From Minisyncoccota bacterium (GTDB taxonomy: Bacteria > Patescibacteriota > Minisyncoccia > Phycocordibacterales > UBA6065): a stretch of 64,000 nucleotides of DNA. Positions within the stretch are counted from its first letter, which is position 1. Each line of letters opens with the position of its first letter. The position numbers and the translations under genes are program-made. Below the pieces are notes generated by a model. That model had not been told where the DNA came from. It saw only the letters and a program-made list of their open reading frames with translations, and made no database searches. Of this stretch, positions 54,215 through 64,000 are shown piece after piece. Location: positions 161-64,160 of the forward strand of contig DASTLR010000003.1 in NCBI GenBank assembly GCA_035714745.1, given 5' to 3'.

Positions 54215-55522
54215 ATGCTGACAAAACCCATCATCTCAATCGTGCTCGGAAGCTACAACAGAAGACCCTTCTTGAAAAAAGCCATCCGCACCATTAGAGA
54301 AAACGGGATAACCGCTCCTTATGAGATAGTCGTCATAGACGGAGGCTCGTCTGACGGCAGCATCAGATACCTTTGTTCCCAAAAGGATATCATCACAATC
54401 GTCCAGCATAATAATCGCTATGCGAATGACAAAAAAAGCTGGGGTTATTATATGAACATTGCGCTTCGCTCATGTCATGGCACATACATCGTGATGATAT
54501 CGGATGATTGTCTCTTAATCCCCGGTTCGATCATGAATGCTTTTAATCTTTTTGAAAAAGAATTGGCAGATGGAAATAGAATCGGCGGCATAGCCTTTTA
54601 TTGGAGAAATCTGCCGTATGAAAAGATGTACTACGTCAGACAGACGCTGGGACACAAGCTCTCCACAAATCATGGCATGTACTTAAGAAGCGCATTGGAG
54701 GAGGTCGGATACTGCGAGGAAGATAAGTATCCATTTTATTATGGCGATGGAGATTTATCGCTTAAGCTATGGAAATCCGGATATTCAATCATTGACTGCA
54801 AAACTGCCCTTGTCGAACATTTCCATTTTGCCACCATGTCAATCCGCAAAAGGAACAACGAAGCAAAGGAGCTCCATAAAAAGGTATATATGGATTCTTG
54901 GAAGGGTAGTTTTTATGACAAAGATATTGATAACCAAAGCGGGAAAATATTTCTCAACTATTCTGACCCACGCAAAACCTATAAATATTTTAAAAGAACT
55001 CTGAGATATTATATCGGCATCCTGCAATCAAGATTTGGCTCTTACTATGGCTACGAGCGTAATCGCCCAAATAGACTTCCAAGTGTCGAAATGCTTGCTA
55101 ATCCATTGAATATAAAATATCTCCTTTCAAAGTTCAGGGTCGCTCCAGAACAATTGTGTATTTTTGCGCTCATTCGAAAAGATGGGAAAATTTTGATGGG
55201 ACTCAGGGAATATGTTAAAGGAAGGCCTGTTTGGACTTATCCAGGAGGGCGTGGACGGGTAAATGAAACCCTGATCGAAACCTTAAAAAGAGAAGTGGCG
55301 GAAGAAATCGGCGTCTTCGATATTACTCTTGTGAGGGTAGTCGGTCAAAAAGACGGCGTAAAGATCGGAGATAGGGTGTATTTCGTGGAGTGCGAGATTT
55401 CTAGTGACCCAAGACTTATAGAACCTGATAAGTTCAAAGAGTGGAAATGGTTTCCGATTGACGAATTGCCGAATAACATTATTGATAGTGAAGATATTAA
55501 GTTTTTAAAACGATTAAGGTAA
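54215..55522 (+). CDS. Fusion protein: N-terminal GT2 glycosyltransferase domain plus C-terminal NUDIX hydrolase domain
   Basis: The GT2 motifs are ISIVLGSYNRRPFL and VVIDGGSSDGS (DxD-like). The C-terminal Nudix box is YPGGRGRVNETLIETLKREVAEEIGV. The track ORF starts at 54182. Confidence 0.8.
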   Translation: MLTKPIISIVLGSYNRRPFLKKAIRTIRENGITAPYEIVVIDGGSSDGSIRYLCSQKDIITIVQHNNRYANDKKSWGYYMNIALRSCHGTYIVMISDDCLLIPGSIMNAFNLFEKELADGNRIGGIAFYWRNLPYEKMYYVRQTLGHKLSTNHGMYLRSALEEVGYCEEDKYPFYYGDGDLSLKLWKSGYSIIDCKTALVEHFHFATMSIRKRNNEAKELHKKVYMDSWKGSFYDKDIDNQSGKIFLNYSDPRKTYKYFKRTLRYYIGILQSRFGSYYGYERNRPNRLPSVEMLANPLNIKYLLSKFRVAPEQLCIFALIRKDGKILMGLREYVKGRPVWTYPGGRGRVNETLIETLKREVAEEIGVFDITLVRVVGQKDGVKIGDRVYFVECEISSDPRLIEPDKFKEWKWFPIDELPNNIIDSEDIKFLKRLR

Positions 55523-55605
55523 CTTAATCGCTACCAATCGAATAGAAAAGAGGCCCTCCATAGGGCCCCTGGTTAATCTCAGACCGTTGCTAGCACTCTG
55601 CAAAG

Positions 55606-57516
55606 CTATGCTGCCGCCGCTTCGGCCACGGGCGACTTCGTTCCTGAATCCTGACCCGCCGGAGGCTCTTCCGCTTCGGACGTGACGTCCTGGAGCCTGG
55701 AGCTGAACGACTCCAGCAAGGCCAGCTTGGCGTAGAGCTTGCAGCCGTCGAGCAGCTCCAGATGGCTGCCCTGCCCTGCCAGCCTGCCCTTTTCCAGGAC
55801 GATCACTCGGTCCGCCTTTGACGCGGTGACCAAGCGATGGGCGATGACGATGACCGTATACTTCTTTCTGCCGTCCGCGTCCCTTTGGGAAGCCAGGTCG
55901 AGGATGGAGAAGAGGATCAGGGCCTCGCTCTCGTTGTCCAGGCCGCTGGTCGCCTCGTCGAAGAGGAGCACCGACGGCGAGCCGATCAGGGCTCGGGCGA
56001 TGGCCACCCGCTGGCGCTCGCCTCCCGACAGGCGGCAGCCGTTCTCTCCGACCGGCTGGTGCATGCGGGCCCTGTCGCCCCCGTCGCCCCAGAAGTCCTC
56101 GTAGAGCCTGGCCGCCTTCATCACCTCCTCCAAGCGTTGGCGAGGGATGCCGACGCGGCCGTAGAGGATGTTCTCCACCACGCTCATATGGCCCCAGAGC
56201 TTCAGCTTCTGCCCTTGCGGGACATAGCCGATCTGGCCCCACCACCAGTGAGGGTCGACGCGCTTGACCGGGATGCCGTTGACCATCACCCGGGCGGGAG
56301 TGTCGAGGTCGCCGCCCAGGAGCAGGTTGAAGGCCGTAGACTTGCCGGAGCCCGAGGGTCCGACCAGCGCCACGAATTCTCCCCTCCTGATCCTGAAGTC
56401 GACGTCCTCGAGCGCCCATGTGACGGGCCTCAAGGGATTTTTCGGGTCAGGATAGCCGTAATAGACGTGGTCGAACCATATCTCCTCGAACCTGTCCGGA
56501 GTATGCAGGCCGACCTTTGAATCGAGCGGCTGCTGGTCGCCCGCCAGGAAATCCAGGTGCTTCTCTATCGGTCCCCAGCTCTCCATCAGGTCCCTTTGCA
56601 GCGAGGTCATCGATTCGATGGAGGCAAAGACTGCCCACGTCCACCAGATGGCCGCAAAGAACCTGCCCATGGACATCTGCCCGGCCAGCACGAGCTTCGC
56701 CGATACCGCCATGATGCCTATGAAACACGCCGCGGATATGACCGACTGGACCAGGACCATCCAGGCCAGATAGCGCTTCCACAAGAGCCTGCTGGATTCG
56801 CTGCGGCGCTCATGGCTCTGGCCATATCCGAGGATCTCTTTGCCTTGCTGGTTCATCAGGATGACCAGGCCCATGTTGCGGATCCTGGCTCGAAAGGACG
56901 AGTCGACCTTTCCCCATTCACGGGTATCCTCGCGGATCCAGGGCAAGAACCTGAGGTTGACCCAGACGCTCGCCGCCAAGAAGAGGACGATGCCCGCCGT
57001 AGCGATAGCCGACAGCCAGCCGTTCAGGAGAGACAGGCCGATGGCCGCGACCAGTATGGCCGCCGCCGTCTTCATGATCCTGAATATCACCATCGAGAGC
57101 GCCGAATCGATCTTGGACAGGCCATTCTCGACGACCTCTCCTGTTTCAACGGCCATATCGAATGCCCTGGCCAGCGAGAGGCTGGAAGCCCTCTCGAGCG
57201 ACCGGAGCTTGCCCATCTTGGAGATGGGGATGAGGATGTATCTGCACGCGGCGTTCCAGAGCACGATGCTGTTCAGCGCCATCCCTGTGACATATACCGC
57301 CGCTATCGTCGCGATGCAGAGCGAGACGTCCAGCCATGACCTATTCCCAAAGCCCACTTCCATGCGGCCGATCAGATACGGCACGGCGAAGTCGAGCAGC
57401 TTGACCAACAGCGTCAAAGCCCCGAAAAGGGCCATGAGGCGAAAGAGCGGAAACTTGTCCAGGAGATGCTCCCGGACGCGCTTCAACTGGATAAAGACAA
57501 TTCGTACCGCGTTCAA
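55606..57516 (-). CDS. ABC exporter fused permease/ATPase, subunit 1 of a heterodimeric pair
   Basis: A TM domain is followed by an NBD with Walker A (GPSGSGKST), the signature LSGGERQRVAIARAL, and Walker B (LLFDEATS). Length is 636 aa. Confidence 0.9.
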   Translation of the reverse strand: MNAVRIVFIQLKRVREHLLDKFPLFRLMALFGALTLLVKLLDFAVPYLIGRMEVGFGNRSWLDVSLCIATIAAVYVTGMALNSIVLWNAACRYILIPISKMGKLRSLERASSLSLARAFDMAVETGEVVENGLSKIDSALSMVIFRIMKTAAAILVAAIGLSLLNGWLSAIATAGIVLFLAASVWVNLRFLPWIREDTREWGKVDSSFRARIRNMGLVILMNQQGKEILGYGQSHERRSESSRLLWKRYLAWMVLVQSVISAACFIGIMAVSAKLVLAGQMSMGRFFAAIWWTWAVFASIESMTSLQRDLMESWGPIEKHLDFLAGDQQPLDSKVGLHTPDRFEEIWFDHVYYGYPDPKNPLRPVTWALEDVDFRIRRGEFVALVGPSGSGKSTAFNLLLGGDLDTPARVMVNGIPVKRVDPHWWWGQIGYVPQGQKLKLWGHMSVVENILYGRVGIPRQRLEEVMKAARLYEDFWGDGGDRARMHQPVGENGCRLSGGERQRVAIARALIGSPSVLLFDEATSGLDNESEALILFSILDLASQRDADGRKKYTVIVIAHRLVTASKADRVIVLEKGRLAGQGSHLELLDGCKLYAKLALLESFSSRLQDVTSEAEEPPAGQDSGTKSPVAEAAAA

Positions 57517-57706
57517 ATCGGACCTTTCGTTGAAGTTGAACTGACGTTGCTCGGAAAATCAAACATGTAAAGAGCAAAATACGCGCGTCAGGCGCACGTA
57601 TTCCCGGAAATACTACGCCGCAGGCGGGACAATTGTTTCCTCCCCGCCAGCAGTGCCGTCTGCATTAAAAAAGAGCCCCTTGCGAGGCTCTTGTGATCCC
57701 TAACTC

Positions 57707-59605
57707 TCAGACGAACATGCTTACCTCCCTATTCACCAGGTTGCGGTATTCCATGCAGGACCTCATCAGTTCCGCATGATTGCCGATGCCGGCGATGCCG
57801 CCCTTCCTGAAGACGATGATCTGGTCCGCATGACGGATGGTCGACAGCCGATGGGCGATGACGATGCTCGTCCTGCCCTTCATCGCTTCGCGCATGGCTT
57901 GATGGACCAACGCTTCGTTCTCCGGGTCCAACGCGTTGGTCGCTTCGTCCAGGATGACGAGGCTAGGGTTCTTCATGAGCGCCCTACCTATAGCGATCCG
58001 TTGGCGTTGACCGCCGGATAGCTGGACGCCGTTCTCGCCGATGAGCGTCTCGAATCGCTTAGCCCCGAGGCGCGGATAGAATTCGTCGATGCGAGCGATC
58101 CTGGCGATCCGCTCGAGATCCGCCTCCGTTACGTCCTGCGAAAGGCCGTTAAGGCCATATGTCAGGTTGTAACGGACGGTCTCGTCCCACAGCTTCGGAT
58201 CCTGCTCGACCGTTCCCACTGAATTCCTCCAGTGGTGCAGGTCGAGCAGCTTCAAGTCATGACCGTCGACGAGGATCTGACCCCTGTCCGGGTCATACCC
58301 GCGCAGGGCGAGGTTGATGGCGGTGGTCTTACCAGAGCCGGAAGGCCCGACAAAGGCGCAGACCGATCCGGCAGGGATCCTGAACGACAGATCCTCTACT
58401 GCGATCGATTGCTTTCCTTTCTCTTTGTCTGGGTCTTCGTCATCATCGTCCTCCTGCTCGAGCTGGTGCTCGGGATAGCGGAACGAGACGTTCCGGAACT
58501 CGATCTCGCCGCGGAACTCTTTCGGCCGGACGGGATTCTCGACGATCGTGACAGCCGGAGGCATATCCACGAGGTCGAAATATCGTCCGATCTGGGCGTT
58601 GTTCTTGGTGATCTGCCGCTGAAGCGAACCGACCATCGACAGGGCGCTAAAGGCATGGTTAGACCAGCCTAGAGCGATGACGACGGCGCCGACGCTGACC
58701 TTGCCCTGCGAGGCTAACGACGCCCCGACGAACATGACGCCGACCTGGCCCAGATGCTGGAAGGGCTCGCGCAGGAAATGGATGAGCCCGACATAGCGCA
58801 CCCACAGGGCGCGCCCGAAGTCGTTGCATTCCTTTTCCTTGGCGGCGAATTCGCGCTTGAGGCGTTCCTCCTGGCCGCAGACCATGACCAATCGCAGGTT
58901 CTTGATCCGCTCCCAATAGGATGTCCCGAGCTTGTTCTCCATCTTGGCGTGCCGTTTGACGTCCGACCGCAGATGCTTGTTGATGACATAGCTCGAAGCG
59001 ACATACAGGGCGACCGCGGCGATCGTCACCAGGCCCATCAGAGGACTGATGAACAATAGCGCGATAGCCGCGATCAGGACCCGCAGGACAGACGAGATGA
59101 CCTGAATGAGGAACAGGTCTATCGTCTGGGCGAGGGCCGTTTCTCCTTTCTTGATGATGTCGTGCTTGTAGCCAGAATTCTGATTGGTTATCTGGCCGAT
59201 CGAGAGCCGGCTGATGCCTGTGAGCGTAGTCTGCGACGCGACCTCTCCGTTATCGAAAGCCACCTTTTTCAGGTATTGCTTGTCGAGGAAGAAGTAGATC
59301 AGGCCGCGGACCTGCATTGCGCCGAATGTTGCCACGATGAGCCACTTCAGCTCTGACATGGGCCGATGGTTCACTATCCTGTCGATGAGAAGGCCTGTGA
59401 GGAACGGCCAGGCGAGCGATACCGCCTGATTGACCGAATCCCATATGACCGCGGTCCGGAGGGCCGGATGAAGAGGCCTGTAAGCCTCGTAGATGCGCCT
59501 GATGCGACTCCTTGTGCTTGTTTTCACCGATATTCCTTTCGTTGAGGTTAGAGTAAAAGAGCATTTGCCCGGCGGAGCCGAAGCAAAACACCGTGCGCGT
59601 GGCAC
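57707..59605 (-). CDS. ABC exporter fused permease/ATPase, subunit 2 of a heterodimeric pair
   Basis: Walker A is GPSGSGKTT, the signature is LSGGQRQRIAIGRAL, and Walker B is ILDEATNALD. An acidic insert EQEDDDDEDPDKEKG precedes the NBD. The true start is uncertain (no ATG near the ORF 5' end). Confidence 0.85.
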   Translation of the reverse strand: MPRARCFASAPPGKCSFTLTSTKGISVKTSTRSRIRRIYEAYRPLHPALRTAVIWDSVNQAVSLAWPFLTGLLIDRIVNHRPMSELKWLIVATFGAMQVRGLIYFFLDKQYLKKVAFDNGEVASQTTLTGISRLSIGQITNQNSGYKHDIIKKGETALAQTIDLFLIQVISSVLRVLIAAIALLFISPLMGLVTIAAVALYVASSYVINKHLRSDVKRHAKMENKLGTSYWERIKNLRLVMVCGQEERLKREFAAKEKECNDFGRALWVRYVGLIHFLREPFQHLGQVGVMFVGASLASQGKVSVGAVVIALGWSNHAFSALSMVGSLQRQITKNNAQIGRYFDLVDMPPAVTIVENPVRPKEFRGEIEFRNVSFRYPEHQLEQEDDDDEDPDKEKGKQSIAVEDLSFRIPAGSVCAFVGPSGSGKTTAINLALRGYDPDRGQILVDGHDLKLLDLHHWRNSVGTVEQDPKLWDETVRYNLTYGLNGLSQDVTEADLERIARIARIDEFYPRLGAKRFETLIGENGVQLSGGQRQRIAIGRALMKNPSLVILDEATNALDPENEALVHQAMREAMKGRTSIVIAHRLSTIRHADQIIVFRKGGIAGIGNHAELMRSCMEYRNLVNREVSMFV

Positions 59606-59783
59606 GATGTTTCAAATATTCGACGAGGGTCGAATGCTTACGACATAGTGCCACAGCCAACAGGATCAGGCGCATCGTATCCGATGCGCGAGATATATAT
59701 TCGGTTGTTGGCTTTGGTAATCATTGCCGAATGACCATACCATGGCGTATGGGAATATGCAAGCTTTAAGCCGTAACGTTTCC

Positions 59784-60890
59784 CTACAACCCCTCGTTCC
59801 TGAGGCTCTCTATGGCCTTCCTGGCCTCCTTAGAGAGCTTGCGCGGCATGGCGACGTTGATGGTGACGAGCAGGTCGCCGCGGTGGCCGTCGCGGCCGCG
59901 CGGAGTAGTCGGCACGCCCCTGCCCCGCAGGCGGAGGATCTCGCCCTGGTTGGTGCCCTCGGGGACCTTGAGGGCCACGTCGCCGTCCAGGGTTTTGAGC
60001 GTCAAGCTAGTGCCCAGGAGCGCCTCGGAGAGCTTGATGGTGGCCTCGGCGACCAGGTTATGGCCGGACTTGGTATAGAGCGGGTGCTCTTTGACGTGGA
60101 CGCGCAGGTAGAGGTCGCCTGGCTGTCCGCCGGCGATGGCCTCGCCCGCGCCCGTGAGCCTGACCATCTCGCCCTCCTCGATGCCGGACGGTACCTTGAC
60201 CTTGATCTCCTGGTTGCGCTTGTGGACGCCCGTGCCGTGGCAGACCGGGCATTTCTCCTCGGGCTCCTTGCCCGTGCCGTGGCAGGTCTCGCAGGTCCTG
60301 GTCGTCTGGAAGCTGCCCATGATCGAGCGGCGCACCTCGGTGACGCGGCCCTTGCCCGCGCAGGTATGGCAGGTCTTCATCCTGGAGCCCTTTTTGGCGC
60401 CGCTGCCCGCGCACTCGGCGCAGACCGAGACCTTGTTCAGGGTGATCTCCTTTTCCATGCCAAAGATCGACTCCTCGAACGACAGATCGATGTCCGCCTG
60501 GATGTCAGAGCCGCGCTTCGGGCGCTGGGCGCCGCGGCCGCCGCCGAAGAAATCGCCCAGGATGTCGCCTAAGTCGAATTCGACTCCGCCGTTCTGGCCA
60601 AATCCCCCCTGCTGGAAGCCCGAGAAATCGAAGCCGAAGTCGTTCGGGTTGAAGCCGGCGCCGCCAAAGCCCGCCCCGCCAGGCCCTGCAGAGCCGAACT
60701 GGTCGTACTGGGCGCGCTTCTTCTCGTCGCCGAGGACGCTGTACGCCTCGTTCGCTTCCTTGAATTTAGCGTCGTCCCCGCCCTTCTTGTCCGGGTGATG
60801 CTCGTGCGCCAGCCTTCGAAACGCGCGCTTAATCTCGTCTTGCGACGCGTTCTTTTGGACGCCGAGGATCTTGTAATAATCTTTTGACAT
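59784..60890 (-). CDS. dnaJ: Chaperone DnaJ
   Basis: The J domain contains HPD (YYKILGV...HHPDKK). A G/F region, four CxxCxGxG zinc motifs and a C-terminal domain are present. Confidence 0.95.
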   Translation of the reverse strand: MSKDYYKILGVQKNASQDEIKRAFRRLAHEHHPDKKGGDDAKFKEANEAYSVLGDEKKRAQYDQFGSAGPGGAGFGGAGFNPNDFGFDFSGFQQGGFGQNGGVEFDLGDILGDFFGGGRGAQRPKRGSDIQADIDLSFEESIFGMEKEITLNKVSVCAECAGSGAKKGSRMKTCHTCAGKGRVTEVRRSIMGSFQTTRTCETCHGTGKEPEEKCPVCHGTGVHKRNQEIKVKVPSGIEEGEMVRLTGAGEAIAGGQPGDLYLRVHVKEHPLYTKSGHNLVAEATIKLSEALLGTSLTLKTLDGDVALKVPEGTNQGEILRLRGRGVPTTPRGRDGHRGDLLVTINVAMPRKLSKEARKAIESLRNEGL

Positions 60891-61208
60891 ATCAAGCTAA
60901 TATATGGTACTTTACCGATGAATTCAACCAAAGTAGATCTTTATGGAAACTAATGATACAGCGTCGAGCGATGTTACGAACGAACGGCTATATATTTTTA
61001 ATCTGGCCTTTGAAAGAGGCTTTATCTCGGGTTTGCTCGTCGGCATCCTTCTGATGCTCGTCGGGCTAGCCTTCAGACTGTAATGTTATTTCCATTTAAA
61101 GCAGACACCCTCTCCCCCACGACTTCTTGCGAGGTCACGGGAGATGGGCTGTCTGCTTTTTTCATTTTCTCTAAAATGGAGCTTTAAATCTCCATCTTGG
61201 AGAATCGA

Positions 61209-63122
<1,914 letters not shown>

Positions 63123-63166
63123 GTTGCGTTAGATAATGCTAGTAAGCGCGCATGCGCGCAGGGGCA

Positions 63167-63463
63167 CTATCGAACGCTCGGAGCGCGGGCAGGTTGGCTC
63201 GTCAAAAAGTCGAGAGCAGAGAACGGAGAGACGGCCTCGAAAGAGGATGGTATGAAAATGTCGCCATAGGATGCTATGGAACGCGGCGCGGTGAGAGCCA
63301 GCACCGGCGACGAAGTCTCGCTCTCGAGCGGCTTGAAGCCCAAGAATCTGACCTCGCGCAGGCCCTCGGCCTCGATGACGGCGAAAAAGGCGCGCACAAG
63401 CTCGCCCGTGGCCAGGGCGACCTCTCGGCTGACGATATGGACTTGTGGCTTCTTGATCAGCAT
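63167..63463 (-). CDS. Hypothetical small protein between grpE and dnaK
   Basis: 98-aa ORF with balanced composition and a GGGG SD-like sequence 10 nt upstream. The overlapping + ORF is Arg-rich and spurious. Confidence 0.3.
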   Translation of the reverse strand: MLIKKPQVHIVSREVALATGELVRAFFAVIEAEGLREVRFLGFKPLESETSSPVLALTAPRSIASYGDIFIPSSFEAVSPFSALDFLTSQPARAPSVR

Positions 63464-63479
63464 GATGTTGGTTCCCCGC

Positions 63480-63803
63480 TCAGGCTATCTTGAGCTCTAT
63501 ATCTGATACGCGGCCGACCAGCCTGTCGTGTTCAGCATACGATACCTTGTCTTTGTCCAACTTGTCAATTTCGCTAAATCCGCGCCTGATCGCCTCTGAA
63601 AGGTCCGCGATCTCTCTCGAGACCTTCGTATCGATCTTGGTCTCGAGAGCATCGATCTTTGCATCGAGAGAGTCGATCCTGCCGTCCAGCTTGTTGTGGC
63701 TCATCTCGATCGCTTCGGCGACATTCTTGAATTCGAGATCCATTGCCTGAAATTTCGAATCGAGCTTTGCATCAAGGCTCTCGAGAGTTACTTTTGCTTC
63801 CAT
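63480..63803 (-). CDS. Small coiled-coil protein, hypothetical
   Basis: 107 aa. Heptad-rich and charged (KLD...IDSLDAKIDALETKIDTK). GC is low. Confidence 0.45.
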   Translation of the reverse strand: MEAKVTLESLDAKLDSKFQAMDLEFKNVAEAIEMSHNKLDGRIDSLDAKIDALETKIDTKVSREIADLSEAIRRGFSEIDKLDKDKVSYAEHDRLVGRVSDIELKIA

Positions 63804-63869
63804 ATTCTTAATCGGATTAATTAATATTCTGGAATCCTAGCAAAAGCGGGATAAAGGAAAGATACAGAT

Positions 63870-64000
63870 TCAGTCTTTGCTGTGGATAGCTTCCGCGACG
63901 ACCACTTTGGCCGGCCGGATGAGCTTGTTGCCCAGCTTATACCCCTTCTCGACGACGGCCAAGATTGCGTGATCTTTTTTAGCGTCTTCTATTTTCTCGT
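63870..64000 (-). CDS. grpE: GrpE nucleotide-exchange factor, 3' end only (gene continues beyond the window)
   Basis: The minus-strand translation ends ...EKIEDAKKDHAILAVVEKGYKLGNKLIRPAKVVVAEAIHSKD*, matching the GrpE C-terminal beta-domain consensus. Confidence 0.7.
   Translation of the reverse strand, partial: EKIEDAKKDHAILAVVEKGYKLGNKLIRPAKVVVAEAIHSKD

Noticed and set aside
55514-57544. Several 200-300-aa ORFs on both strands across the ABC exporter at 55606..57516
   Set aside because: The composition (Arg/Gly/Pro runs) and the overlap with a confidently assigned ABC transporter indicate spurious frames.

Overview
This is a 64-kb chromosomal segment that is mostly ~60% GC, with several inserted segments of ~42-47% GC. 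The gene content (split transketolase, archaeal-type AspRS, many small HTH proteins, multiple aaRS genes) fits a reduced-genome bacterium of CPR/Patescibacteria type, which is an inference from the gene set.

Backbone genes, left to right:
- A 5'-truncated giant surface protein with tail-fibre-like repeats, an LVIVD propeller and an S74 autoproteolytic chaperone domain.
- gap.
- An HTH regulator followed by a pentose-phosphate operon: rpiB, rpe (frameshifted) and a split tkt.
- recR, dnaB, cysS, a CorA-like transporter, ctpA, rplI and rpmA.
- An IagB-like lytic transglycosylase, xerC/D, an M23 peptidase and gltX.
- murG-ftsW with an unusual promoter, leader and hairpin upstream, then dacA, scpB and scpA.
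- A cluster of asnS and aspS, followed by a low-GC island carrying an S66 LD-carboxypeptidase (MccF family), an amidohydrolase and a second AspRS paralog.
- An ABC exporter and trpS.
- hisS, Nudix, a RimL-like GNAT, Nudix, tRNA-His and hisS2.
- A low-GC accessory block: a HAD hydrolase, an AstE/AspA-family enzyme, a nucleoside hydrolase, a PRTase-like protein, a chimeric orphan histidine kinase, a SET-domain protein, unknown proteins, GT4, Nudix, a histidine phosphatase and a GT2-Nudix fusion.
- A heterodimeric ABC exporter, dnaJ, dnaK and the 3' end of grpE.

Non-coding highlights:
- A ~100-nt nested-palindromic repeat present twice, at convergent gene ends, with a compensatory stem change between copies.
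- Two TGTCTTA-N5-TAAGACA operators upstream of the HTH gene.
- Consensus sigma70 promoters at the rpmA/transglycosylase divergent region.
- A 265-nt promoter-to-hairpin leader in front of ftsW.
- A canonical tRNA-His whose gene lacks an encoded G-1.
- A degenerate tRNA-like element upstream of gltX.

Many long antisense ORFs in the high-GC parts are Arg/Gly-rich and are treated as spurious. All coordinates of non-ORF features are read by eye and may be off by 1-2 nt.
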